Shown here in pieces: positions 1-8,405 of a stretch of DNA of 64,000 nucleotides. The notes beneath the pieces are model-generated. The model was not told the DNA's origin and did no database searches. It saw only the letters and a program-made list of their open reading frames with translations. The stretch comes from Terracidiphilus sp. (GTDB lineage: Bacteria; Acidobacteriota; Terriglobia; Terriglobales; Acidobacteriaceae), in NCBI GenBank assembly GCA_049517315.1, contig JBEKSE010000002.1:17202-81201 (forward strand), read 5' to 3'. Every line of letters begins with the position of its first letter. Position 1 is the first letter of the stretch. The position numbers and the translations under genes are program-made.

Positions 1-428
1 CCTCGAAAGCGTTCGGCTCCTAGCCTCTGGTACGCGTCAAGGACTTCCTGCATAAGCCCTCTTTTAATGCTGTGTCGGTAAAGGACAACGTACATCGGCA
101 TCAAATCAGTCTTTTGCATCTCTTCCTTGAGGGAGGTCCAAAAGGACTCGGGCCAGTAGGGCGCGCCAATGGAGCGGTTTTTGTCGACGGCCGCGATCCA
201 GCGGGCCTTGTATGCATCCAAGTCGCCACTAAGACGGAGATACTCGCGAATCTGCTCAATGGTTGCCGGATCCTTTAATGGAGGAAGTGACTCCGAAGCA
301 TCCGGCAATGCTGAAGGCACGACCGTGCTAACAAACTTGGGCGCTTGATTTCCCTGAGCATTTCCGGTGCCAGGTAATAGGATCGCAATCGCAAAAATTG
401 CTAACGTGCAAGACGCAACTCTCAGCAT
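1..428 (-). CDS. Exported hypothetical protein, possibly DUF2059-like (partial, runs off the window start)
   Basis: Not in the ORF track. Manual translation from ATG 428 gives MLRVASCTLAIFAIAILLPGTGNAQ (signal peptide-like) and an open frame to base 1 (...PATIEQIREYLRLSGDLDAYKARW...). Confidence 0.65.
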   Translation of the reverse strand, partial: MLRVASCTLAIFAIAILLPGTGNAQGNQAPKFVSTVVPSALPDASESLPPLKDPATIEQIREYLRLSGDLDAYKARWIAAVDKNRSIGAPYWPESFWTSLKEEMQKTDLMPMYVVLYRHSIKRGLMQEVLDAYQRLGAERFR

Positions 429-535
429 GGATACGGTCTCCGAATTATTCACGCCAATGTTACCAAATTGCTCGGCCCGAAAGCGGGAGATTGCATCCCA
501 TCCATTCCTGGTATTGAGCCGCTATACTGTTCCCC

Positions 536-1204
536 ATGCACGAAGACACAATCGCGGATTGGCAGAGGCTCACCCAACTTTATAGGGAGATGGGCGATGT
601 GGAATTGGAAGAGTTGGACGCAAACATCGGCGATCTGACCGAAGTGGCGCAACAGGTTCTCCGCGACGAAATGAAAAGGCGAGGACTTAATGAGCCGAGT
701 GCTACCCGAAGAGCATTCGAGCCTCCAGAACGCTTTGCACCTATCGAATCAGACGGCGACGCCGACTCGCTGACGGAGGAAGACGAATCAGAAGACGGCG
801 AACTGCCGCATGAGTACACATGGAAGACGGAGTTGTGCGAATGTGCTGAACGGGAAGAAGCGTGGCAGATCAGGGAAGTGTTGCGGCAAGCGGGAATCGA
901 GAGCTGGATCGAAGGGCCCGGAGCGCGGGTCTGGGACGGCATGAGCAATCCCCGGATACTGGTTGCCGCCGATCAGTTTGAGCGGGCACGCGAGATTGCC
1001 TCACAGCCGATTCCGCAGGCAATTGTCGAGCAATCGAAGATGCAAATTCCGGATTTCGAACCGCCGGTATGCCCAGGTTGTGGCGCCGATGATCCGATTC
1101 TCGAAGGCGCCGATCCTGTGAATTCGTGGCACTGCGAGAGATGCGGGAAGCAGTGGACAGATCCAATAGAAGATCAGAAGAACGCTCCGGAGCAGCACGA
1201 TTAA
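536..1204 (+). CDS. Hypothetical protein, DUF2007-like domain plus C-terminal zinc ribbon
   Basis: 222 aa ORF; EAWQIREVLRQAGIES segment; CPGCG...WHCERCGKQW four-Cys ribbon. Confidence 0.7.
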   Translation: MHEDTIADWQRLTQLYREMGDVELEELDANIGDLTEVAQQVLRDEMKRRGLNEPSATRRAFEPPERFAPIESDGDADSLTEEDESEDGELPHEYTWKTELCECAEREEAWQIREVLRQAGIESWIEGPGARVWDGMSNPRILVAADQFERAREIASQPIPQAIVEQSKMQIPDFEPPVCPGCGADDPILEGADPVNSWHCERCGKQWTDPIEDQKNAPEQHD

Positions 1205-1220
1205 CCACCAATGGAGGCTC

Positions 1221-1907
1221 ATGAGTCCATCCACCTCCAAAACATTCACCGCCGTGCTGGAGCCCCTGCGATCTGAGCTTCGCTGGGTAATTGTGCGAAT
1301 TCCGTTCGATGTGGCCAAGGCGTGGCCTGTGCGACGGCGCTTGCGGGTGCGCGGCGAGATCGAAGGCTTCGCCTTTCGCACGTCACTCTTCCCATTCTCG
1401 AGCGGTGAAGGTCACTTCTTGTTGGTCAACAAGAAGATGCAGGCTGGGGCGAAGGCAGCGGTAGGTTCCAAGGTGCGAATTCGGCTGGAGCCGGACCTGG
1501 AAGAACGCGCGGTGGTGATTCCGCCGGAACTGACGCGGGAGTTGAAGGGCGACCGGCGGCTGCCCAAATGGTTCGAGGGACTGAGCGACTCGATGCGCAG
1601 GGAGATTGGCAAGTGGGTCAACGAGGCAAAGAGCGCCGAGGCCCGACAAAAGCGTGCAGAACGGATGGCCGAGTGGCTGCTATTGACTCTGGAAGGCGAA
1701 ATTGAACCTCCGCCGGTGCTGCTGGCGGCATTTTTGCGCCAGCCGCTAGCGCGTGCGGGTTGGGAAGCGATGACGCCCGTGCAGCGGCGCGGCCACCTGC
1801 TGGGAATCTTTCACTATCAAACAGTTGAATCCAGGGAGAAGCGTGCGGCAAAGGCGGTCGAGGAAGCATTGCGCGTGGCCAAAAGAAGTCCGCGCGCCGC
1901 TAAATGA
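1221..1907 (+). CDS. YdeI/OmpD-associated family protein (DUF1905 plus two OmdA-like repeats)
   Basis: 228 aa; VRGEIEGFAFRTSLFP...HFLLVNKKMQ; repeated units FEGLSDSMRRE...KR and WEAMTPVQRRG...KR; GGAGG SD. Confidence 0.8.
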   Translation: MSPSTSKTFTAVLEPLRSELRWVIVRIPFDVAKAWPVRRRLRVRGEIEGFAFRTSLFPFSSGEGHFLLVNKKMQAGAKAAVGSKVRIRLEPDLEERAVVIPPELTRELKGDRRLPKWFEGLSDSMRREIGKWVNEAKSAEARQKRAERMAEWLLLTLEGEIEPPPVLLAAFLRQPLARAGWEAMTPVQRRGHLLGIFHYQTVESREKRAAKAVEEALRVAKRSPRAAK

Positions 1908-1981
1908 ACCACTTAGCCGATATCTCTCTGCTGCTGAATCGTCTTCGGAAAGTTGACTTCTGGACAGAATCCATGATTGAC

Positions 1982-2009
1982 GGAAACTTGCTGGAGAATA
2001 TGGCGTCTA
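1982..2009 (+). promoter_or_regulatory. Candidate ECF-sigma promoter (GGAAAC-N16-CGTCTA)
   Basis: Matches the AAC...CGT pattern of ECF promoters; lies directly before the ECF sigma gene. Confidence 0.6.
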
Positions 2010-2019
2010 ATTGAATGAG

Positions 2020-2715
2020 ATGAGTATAGGTTCGTCCATTCGCCCTTTCTTCGGTCAGAGCACGTCCACGATTGCAGATGAGCAGGTGCGGCAGGAGAGC
2101 CTTGCCGTATCGGCGGGGTTGAAGCGCCAGGACGCCGGGCTGCTGGATGAGCTGATCGTCCGCTACCAGCACCGGTTAATGCGTTACCTGCTTTATTTGA
2201 CCGGCAATCGCGAGATGTCCGAAGACATATTTCAAGAAGTTTGGATGCGAGTTCTGGTGAGGGGAGCGCAGTTCAACGGCAGGGCGCGGTTCGACACGTG
2301 GCTGTTTGCCATCGCGCGCAACCTGGTGATCGATCAGAAGCGCAAAAAGACCATGACCAGCCTGGACGAGCTGTTTGAAGGTGGCAGCGAAGACGACCGG
2401 CCAATGAGCTTTGAGATTACGGACGGCGAGCCAACGCCGTTTGACCGCTTTGCCAACCTCGAAGACCGGGAGCGGATTGCGGCGGGACTGCTCAAGTTGG
2501 ATATGATTTATCGCGAGGTGCTTGTGCTCCGCTTCCACGAAGAGCTGTCGCTGGAAGAGATCGCCAAGGTAACACATGCGCCGCTTTCTACCGTAAAATC
2601 AAGACTTTATCGCGGATTGGCCGCAATTAAACCGAGGCTGACGACGCCAGCTGTGCGGCCAAACGCGCCTTCGGTGCGAGCGACAGTGACCGAAGAGGCA
2701 CCGAGGACTGCATGA
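2020..2715 (+). CDS. ECF RNA polymerase sigma-70 factor
   Basis: Region 2: [26 protein letters not shown]. Region 4: [19 protein letters not shown]...[10 protein letters not shown]. Start taken as ATG 2020; the track starts at TTG 2011. Confidence 0.92.
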   Translation: MSIGSSIRPFFGQSTSTIADEQVRQESLAVSAGLKRQDAGLLDELIVRYQHRLMRYLLYLTGNREMSEDIFQEVWMRVLVRGAQFNGRARFDTWLFAIARNLVIDQKRKKTMTSLDELFEGGSEDDRPMSFEITDGEPTPFDRFANLEDRERIAAGLLKLDMIYREVLVLRFHEELSLEEIAKVTHAPLSTVKSRLYRGLAAIKPRLTTPAVRPNAPSVRATVTEEAPRTA

Positions 2716-3065
2716 AACCAGGCGAAGGCACCGACGCAGATCGCGAGCTGATTTCGGCTCTTGCCGGGACCGATGCCGATCGCGACCGCGCCGTGGCCTA
2801 TCGCACTCGCCGCGTGGTATGCGCCTCGCAGGGCGTGATGCAGGAACAGAAGGCTGGCTGCAAGCAAGGCCGCGCTGTGGCGCTGGCGGCGACGTTGGTG
2901 CTTGTTCTTGTGCTGGGCCCGCTGGTCTGGTGGGCCGGGGAGACCCTGATCGAAGAGGAACGCCTGACCGGGCTGACCGGCCAACTCAGCGTGTTGATCT
3001 TCTTCCTTTGCGCGGCTGTCCTGGGCGCGGCAGTGTTAGCCGGCTGGGCGCGGCGCAAACCCTGA
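2712..3065 (+). CDS. Small two-TM membrane protein, putative anti-sigma partner
   Basis: ATGA overlap with the sigma stop; two C-terminal hydrophobic segments. Confidence 0.65.
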   Translation: MKPGEGTDADRELISALAGTDADRDRAVAYRTRRVVCASQGVMQEQKAGCKQGRAVALAATLVLVLVLGPLVWWAGETLIEEERLTGLTGQLSVLIFFLCAAVLGAAVLAGWARRKP

Positions 3066-3089
3066 ATTAAAGATTCCCCCAAAACGCGC

Positions 3090-3117
3090 GCAACTTAACA
3101 AATCCCCTTTTCGTCAA
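3090..3117 (+). promoter_or_regulatory. Second candidate ECF promoter (GCAAC-N17-CGTCAA)
   Basis: Same AAC/CGTC arrangement as 1982-2009; upstream of the 3179 gene. Confidence 0.4.
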
Positions 3118-3178
3118 CTAATGCAGGAGCGGGGCAGGATTTGATATCCTGAAAGGCCCTCAGGAGTCGGGTTCGTCT

Positions 3179-3703
3179 ATGCGCAGTCCAGAATCAATCA
3201 CCGCCAACGAAGATACACGCCTGGTTCCGATGTGGTCGACTATTGCGGCCGTGGCGGCCTTTGTGCTGGTGGAGTATTACTTCTGGATAGTCTTGCCGGC
3301 CCAACAGAATCATCATCCTCCGCTCGGCTTCCGCATCTACTTCAATATTTCCTGGGGTTTGCTGGCCGCGCTCTACTTTTTGATGGTAGGTTACGTCAGT
3401 AAGGACGCCCCGCGGCGGGCCATGAGCGCGCGCTTCTGGATCGCTCTCTGCTTCGTGATGCCGGGCGGCATCGGCGCGGTGCTGTACTTCCTGCTGCGTC
3501 AGCCGGAGGTTTCGCGGTGCCCGGCGTGCTCCACGCACGTGCAGAGCGATTTCCACTTCTGCCCGCAGTGCAACTATCAGCTTGCCGCCAGTTGCGGACA
3601 TTGCTTCCGCACCGTGCGCACGACCGACCAGTTTTGCACGCGCTGTGGTCATGAGTTGTCCACGGACCACATGCCGGCGCGGCTGCGCGTGATGGGCGAG
3701 TAA
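3179..3703 (+). CDS. Membrane protein with double zinc ribbon
   Basis: Three TM segments, then CPAC/CPQC/CGHC/CTRC. Confidence 0.8.
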   Translation: MRSPESITANEDTRLVPMWSTIAAVAAFVLVEYYFWIVLPAQQNHHPPLGFRIYFNISWGLLAALYFLMVGYVSKDAPRRAMSARFWIALCFVMPGGIGAVLYFLLRQPEVSRCPACSTHVQSDFHFCPQCNYQLAASCGHCFRTVRTTDQFCTRCGHELSTDHMPARLRVMGE

Positions 3704-3780
3704 GCATCGCTCATTCAAAAAGGTCTAATTCCTGACCCAGTATTTAGACCCTGCGATTCGGTAATAGCTCTTGGAGAAGC

Positions 3781-3827
3781 GCGGGCGAGGACGCCCGCAC
3801 TACTGCCGGCCAGGAGGCCAGCGCTAC
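3781..3827. repeat. REP-like twin-hairpin element
   Basis: GCGGGCG-AGGA-CGCCCGC (7/7 pairs) and GCCGGCC-AGGA-GGCCAGC (6/7 pairs); both loops are AGGA; intergenic. Confidence 0.6.
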
Positions 3828-3957
3828 GATTCTTCCTTACCAAATCATGCGGCCACAGCAGTAATCCATTACCCCCTGCTCGACATAGCCGTCAGCGGTG
3901 TAAACTTCTTCTTCGCGCCCAAGCTGCGGTTTTAGCTGCGCGAACAGGAAAAACACC

Positions 3958-6225
3958 ATGCGCAAATTCTCGCTCGTTCTCTCCCTTGCATTTGTTCTCG
4001 CGCCATTTTGCTCCGCCCAAACCGCGCAGCCCGCTGCCGCCAAGCGCCCCATGACCTTCGAGGACATGATGCAGATGAAGCGGCTGGGCGAAACCGCTGT
4101 TTCGGCAGACGGAAAATGGCTGGCCTACTCCGTTACGACGGTCAACCTGGACAAAAACACCAAGACAGCGGAGTTGTGGTTGCAGGCGATTGCCGGTGGG
4201 GACCCGATGAAGCTGGCCGTGGCCCTGCCCGGCGACAGCGGAGTGCAGTTTGCCCCTGACGGCAAGCGCATCCTCTTTCTCAGCGGCCGCGTCGGTTCCG
4301 AGCAGATCTGGCTGGCGGACTTCGACGGCGCGACCGGCGCGACGAGCAATGCGAAGAAGCTGACAAATATTGCGACTGACGCTGGCGATGCCATCTGGTC
4401 GCCCGATGGGAAATCTGTTCTCTTTACTTCCGCGGTTTTTCCGGATTGCCCGGCGATCACGGCGACCGACAATGGTGTCGGCGACGAATGCAACTCCGAC
4501 CATGACGAAGCTCTGGCCGCCAGCAAGGTGAAGGCGCAGATCTTTACACATCTGCTCTATCGCCACTGGGACCACTTCACCGGGGACAAGCGTACGCATC
4601 TTTTCCTGGCAACGGTCGCAACCGGCGCGTTGCGCGACCTGACGCCGAACGACCCGCATGATGTTCCGCCATTTTCGCTCGAGGGCGGCGGCTGCGGTTG
4701 CGCCTTTGCGCCCGACTCGAAGGAACTGGCCTTCACCGAGAACCTCGACCGGGAGCCGGCCATCAGCACCAATACCGACATCTTCACACTCGATCTGACC
4801 AACCCCTCAGCGAAGCCGGTGAAGGTGAGCACGGCGCTTGGCGGCGATTTCAACCCCGCCTACTCGCCCGACGGCAAGTATCTGGCGTGGCGTTCACAAG
4901 CGCGGGCTGGGTATGAGAGCGATAAGTTCCGGCTGATGCTCTATGACCGTACCACCAAGCAAGAGAAGAATCTGTTGCCGGATTTTGATGCCTGGATCGA
5001 TGAATTTGCATGGGCATCGGATTCGAAATCGATCTACTTTATTTCGAATGGATCGGTAAACGGCCCGCTCAGGCAACAGACCGGGAACGGCAAAACTTGG
5101 GTATCTGTTCCTGATTCCGATCATCTATTTCAAACGGGTACGACGCGTCAAAACGTCCAGTCCATCGTATCCGTTCATCACGTTCAACGGGGTGAGTGCA
5201 GCGATCTACATATCTTGCCAGACGCAAAAACTATTCTTGTCACAAGAATGGGCGTTCGAAGCCCCTCGGAGGTTTACTCGATTAAGAACAGGCAACCTGA
5301 CTTCGTCAATCGTACTTCGGAAACTAGCGAAGGGATTCGATACGGCAGCTTCCCCTTGCAAGGCATCAATGATTCGCAGTTAACCCATCTCAATGACAAC
5401 CTCCTTGCCCAGTTGGACTTGCCCGAGCTAGAGTCTTTTGTGTTTCCTGCGAACGACAAGACTGTTCTGCAAGGCTTTCTCATTCGTCCTCCAGCTTTTG
5501 ATCCGGCAAAGAAGTATCCCGTGAAGTTCCTCATCCACGGCGGGCCGCAGGGCGCATGGGGCGATGATTGGAGCTATCGCTGGAACCCCGAACTCTTTGC
5601 CGCCAACGGCTACGTGGTCATCATGATCAATATGCGCGGCTCAACCGGCTACGGGCAGACCATCGTCGACGGCGTCAACGGCGACTGGGGCGGAAAGCCC
5701 TTTACAGACCTGATGGAAGGCCTGGACTACGCCGAGCAGCATTATCCCTTTATCGACAAGAACCGCGAGTGCGCGCTGGGCGCGAGCTACGGCGGCTACA
5801 TGGCCAACTGGGTGGAGGGCCACACCAACCGCTTCAAGTGCATCGTTTCGCACGACGGCATGTTCAACGCCGAGTCGGCCTTTGGCACCACCGAAGAAGA
5901 CTGGTTCAACATCTGGGAGTTCCGCGGCCATCCGTGGGATTATTACGGCAAGCCCGACGCGGAGAATCCCTTCCGCAAATGGTCGCCCTCGCTCGCCGCG
6001 AAGAACTTCCATACTCCCATGCTCGTCGTCCACGGCCAGCTCGACTACCGGCTCGATGTGAGCGAGGGATTCCAGCTCTTCGACACTCTGCAACTGCTCA
6101 AGGTGCCGAGCAAGATGCTCTACTTCCCCGACGAAGGCCACTGGGTGCTGAAGCCGCAGAACGCGCTGCTGTGGTACAAGACGGTAAACGACTGGGTAGA
6201 TGAGTGGACGAAAAGCAGCCACTAG
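3958..6225 (+). CDS. S9 family peptidase (dipeptidyl/acylaminoacyl peptidase), exported
   Basis: Signal peptide; PD40-like propeller repeats; IHGGPQ; nucleophile GASYGG; GQLDYR; YFPDEGHW. Confidence 0.95.
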   Translation: MRKFSLVLSLAFVLAPFCSAQTAQPAAAKRPMTFEDMMQMKRLGETAVSADGKWLAYSVTTVNLDKNTKTAELWLQAIAGGDPMKLAVALPGDSGVQFAPDGKRILFLSGRVGSEQIWLADFDGATGATSNAKKLTNIATDAGDAIWSPDGKSVLFTSAVFPDCPAITATDNGVGDECNSDHDEALAASKVKAQIFTHLLYRHWDHFTGDKRTHLFLATVATGALRDLTPNDPHDVPPFSLEGGGCGCAFAPDSKELAFTENLDREPAISTNTDIFTLDLTNPSAKPVKVSTALGGDFNPAYSPDGKYLAWRSQARAGYESDKFRLMLYDRTTKQEKNLLPDFDAWIDEFAWASDSKSIYFISNGSVNGPLRQQTGNGKTWVSVPDSDHLFQTGTTRQNVQSIVSVHHVQRGECSDLHILPDAKTILVTRMGVRSPSEVYSIKNRQPDFVNRTSETSEGIRYGSFPLQGINDSQLTHLNDNLLAQLDLPELESFVFPANDKTVLQGFLIRPPAFDPAKKYPVKFLIHGGPQGAWGDDWSYRWNPELFAANGYVVIMINMRGSTGYGQTIVDGVNGDWGGKPFTDLMEGLDYAEQHYPFIDKNRECALGASYGGYMANWVEGHTNRFKCIVSHDGMFNAESAFGTTEEDWFNIWEFRGHPWDYYGKPDAENPFRKWSPSLAAKNFHTPMLVVHGQLDYRLDVSEGFQLFDTLQLLKVPSKMLYFPDEGHWVLKPQNALLWYKTVNDWVDEWTKSSH

Positions 6226-6249
6226 CTTCTAGCTGCTAGCTGTTAGCTT
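6222..6249 (+). repeat. Heptamer tandem repeat (YTAGCTK)x4
   Basis: ctagctt ctagctg ctagctg ttagctt, overlapping the peptidase stop codon. Confidence 0.75.
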
Positions 6250-6334
6250 GTCCTTTGGTGAACCAACTCGGTGTCCCAGGTCCGGATACTGGGACCTGAG
6301 ATCACTCTGGACCATCATCAATCAAGGTGGCAAT

Positions 6335-6889
6335 ATGACCGAATTCTATGAATTTCACGATTCGGACTTGGTGCAGATTGAGCGTCTTGCACAGAAGCTT
6401 GTCTTGAAGATGGATGCCTATAAGCACGTTTGGCCGGATGGATATGAAGTGAATTCCGGCACCGGCTGGATGCAAGAGATAGAAATTACGATCGATGAGC
6501 CAATCATCGAGATTGAGCCTTCGAGCTTTCCTGTGCAAATCAGCAAAGGCAGTCTGAAGGCAAATAGCCTCCAGGCCAACCGCGAGGATATTCTCGGCAA
6601 TACTTTTGAAATTCCAGCTTCACTTTCCGGTTGTGTCGATGTCGAGATAAGCCTGGAAGGATACGACAAGACAACATCCAAACATGAATCCTTGAGAATT
6701 CGCGGGAAATCCGCCGCAATCACTCACAAGGGAGAAGCAAGATTTGTCGAGAAATTGCCCTGGTGGAATGGGAAAGGCTATGCGGAATCTAGACCCCGAC
6801 TCATTGGTGTAGGAGAATTCGATTCAGGCATTTCGGATCTGGCCACGAACAAGAAATATATGGAAGGATTTGGGAAGTGGAAAAGGTAA
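6335..6889 (+). CDS. Lower-GC hypothetical protein (FHDS N-terminal motif; possible chimeric C-terminus)
   Basis: ATG 6335 preceded by AAGGTGG; 184 aa; many A/T-ending codons. Confidence 0.65.
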   Translation: MTEFYEFHDSDLVQIERLAQKLVLKMDAYKHVWPDGYEVNSGTGWMQEIEITIDEPIIEIEPSSFPVQISKGSLKANSLQANREDILGNTFEIPASLSGCVDVEISLEGYDKTTSKHESLRIRGKSAAITHKGEARFVEKLPWWNGKGYAESRPRLIGVGEFDSGISDLATNKKYMEGFGKWKR

Positions 6890-6890
6890 C

Positions 6891-6958
6891 GCAGGTCCTT
6901 CGACTCACCACCCCCAGGCTGAAGAAAACGCCTGGGGCCCCGTTCGCTCAGGATGACA
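6891..6958. repeat. REP-like element of the GTCATCCTGAGCG...GAAGGACCTGC type
   Basis: Ends are GCAGGTCCTTCGACT and CGCTCAGGATGACA; internal 8-bp hairpin CCCCAGGC/GCCTGGGG; the minus-strand shadow ORF reads VILSE...SKDL. Confidence 0.7.
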
Positions 6959-7043
6959 GCATTTGTGGTAATTCGATTCCAGAGGCGGACTCGCAACTGT
7001 AACCCAGCCTTGGCGCTAAGCGCTAGAAGCTAGGAGATATAAG

Positions 7044-7601
7044 CTGCCCTTCCAACGCAAATCCGCAAAGCCGCGCGCCTTCCTGAACGAAGCCGGGCTC
7101 TACGACTACGGCGTGAATTCGCTCAGCCGGCAGATGCGCACGGAGGCCGATCTGCGGCGGCTGATGCAGCTGCGCGTGGAGCCGGGTGAGCGGGGCGAAG
7201 CTGCCATCGCCGCTGTTCTGGTACGGCTGCGCGATCATGGCTACCTGGACGACGCCGCCTTTGCCGAGACTTACGCGCGATTGCGCCAGCAGAATGAGAA
7301 ACTGGGCGTGCGACGCGTTCGCCAGGACTTGCAACAGAAAGGCATCGCGGGCCCGTTGATTGCCGAGACCCTCGAAGCCCGCTACGGCGAGACCAACGAG
7401 GAAACACTGGCTCGCGAGCATCTGGAGCGCAAGCGCATTCGCAAACCGGAAAACGAAAAAGAGACTGCGCGAGTGATGCGGCGGCTGGTTGCCGCCGGTT
7501 TTTCGACCAGCGTGATCTACAAGATTCTCCGCCAGTGGGATGTGCCCGACGAAGCCCTCTCTGCGCTGGACAATCTGGCAGACGAACTGCACGACGAATA
7601 G
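7044..7601 (+). CDS. recX: Regulatory protein RecX
   Basis: RQMRTEADLRR, GYLDDAAFA, GVRRVRQDLQQKGI, RRLVAAGFS. Start placed at CTG 7044 behind AGGAGA (see findings); the track starts at GTG 7113. Confidence 0.9.
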   Translation: MPFQRKSAKPRAFLNEAGLYDYGVNSLSRQMRTEADLRRLMQLRVEPGERGEAAIAAVLVRLRDHGYLDDAAFAETYARLRQQNEKLGVRRVRQDLQQKGIAGPLIAETLEARYGETNEETLAREHLERKRIRKPENEKETARVMRRLVAAGFSTSVIYKILRQWDVPDEALSALDNLADELHDE

Positions 7602-7659
7602 CGGAGCGCGCTGGGCCGTATACGCCTGGAAGACCCAAAATGCGGTATGCTGAATATGC

Positions 7660-7736
7660 GCGCCCGTAGCTCAGCTGGATAGAGCGAACGCCTCCGGAGC
7701 GTTAGGTCGGGAGTTCGAATCTCTCCGGGCGCACCA
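7660..7736 (+). tRNA. tRNA-Arg (anticodon CCG)
   Basis: Acceptor stem GCGCCCG/CGGGCGC; D arm TAGCTCAGCTGGATAGAGC; anticodon arm AACGC-CT CCG GA-GCGTT; T loop GTTCGAAT; encoded CCA; 77 nt. Confidence 0.97.
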
Positions 7737-7803
7737 TACATATAGTTCTGTCATTTCGCTTGATCCGCTTTCATTTTCTTCAATTTCAGCGAATGAGGGA
7801 ACT

Positions 7804-8343
7804 ATGGCAGACTGGAATACCGCGTACAACTGGATGATGAACAAAGAGGATGCGGCACGCGCCTGCGCGCAAGTTTCGGATGCGTGCCCCGGCGGAGTTG
7901 CCGGCCCTTGCTTTGCCATCAGCGGCATTAACTCAGGCGCATGGCCTACGGAGTTTGCGGCCATCGCGGCTCTGCCTCAGGCTCAGCGTGGACCGCTTGT
8001 TCAGCAGTTCTACCAGAACCACTTCTGGAACAATTGGTACGCGCAACTCAACTCCGACGACCTTTGCATGAGGGTCTTCGATTTTGCGGTGAACGGCGGC
8101 GCCGGCGCGTCGGTGATTTGCTTGCAGCAGGCCGTAAATAGCCTGCTTGCCGCCGGCGCGACGCAACTCAAAGAGGATGGCGGCTGGGGCCCGATGACTC
8201 TGAGCGCAGCCAATGCAGCCGACCCAACAGCGCTTGTCAGCGCATTTCAGGCCAAGCGTGCGGCTTATTACCAAACAATTGTCGCCGACAACCCAGCTAA
8301 GGCGATTTATCTGTCCGGGTGGATTAACCGCGCCAACGCGTAG
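7804..8343 (+). CDS. Glycoside hydrolase family 108-like peptidoglycan hydrolase with PG-binding C-terminus
   Basis: FYQNHFWN, VFDFAVNGG, CLQQAVN, EDGGWGPMTL, YLSGWINRA; the EGGY motif is divergent. Confidence 0.8.
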   Translation: MADWNTAYNWMMNKEDAARACAQVSDACPGGVAGPCFAISGINSGAWPTEFAAIAALPQAQRGPLVQQFYQNHFWNNWYAQLNSDDLCMRVFDFAVNGGAGASVICLQQAVNSLLAAGATQLKEDGGWGPMTLSAANAADPTALVSAFQAKRAAYYQTIVADNPAKAIYLSGWINRANA

Positions 8344-8405
8344 TCAAGCGATTAAACTGAATAGTGGCCACGCAGCACCTCACACGCGGCCCGGACAAGG
8401 TGGAG

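Noticed and set aside
6222-6958. CRISPR array from the clustered repeats
   Set aside because: There are no regularly spaced 23-47 nt direct repeats with unique spacers, and no cas genes.
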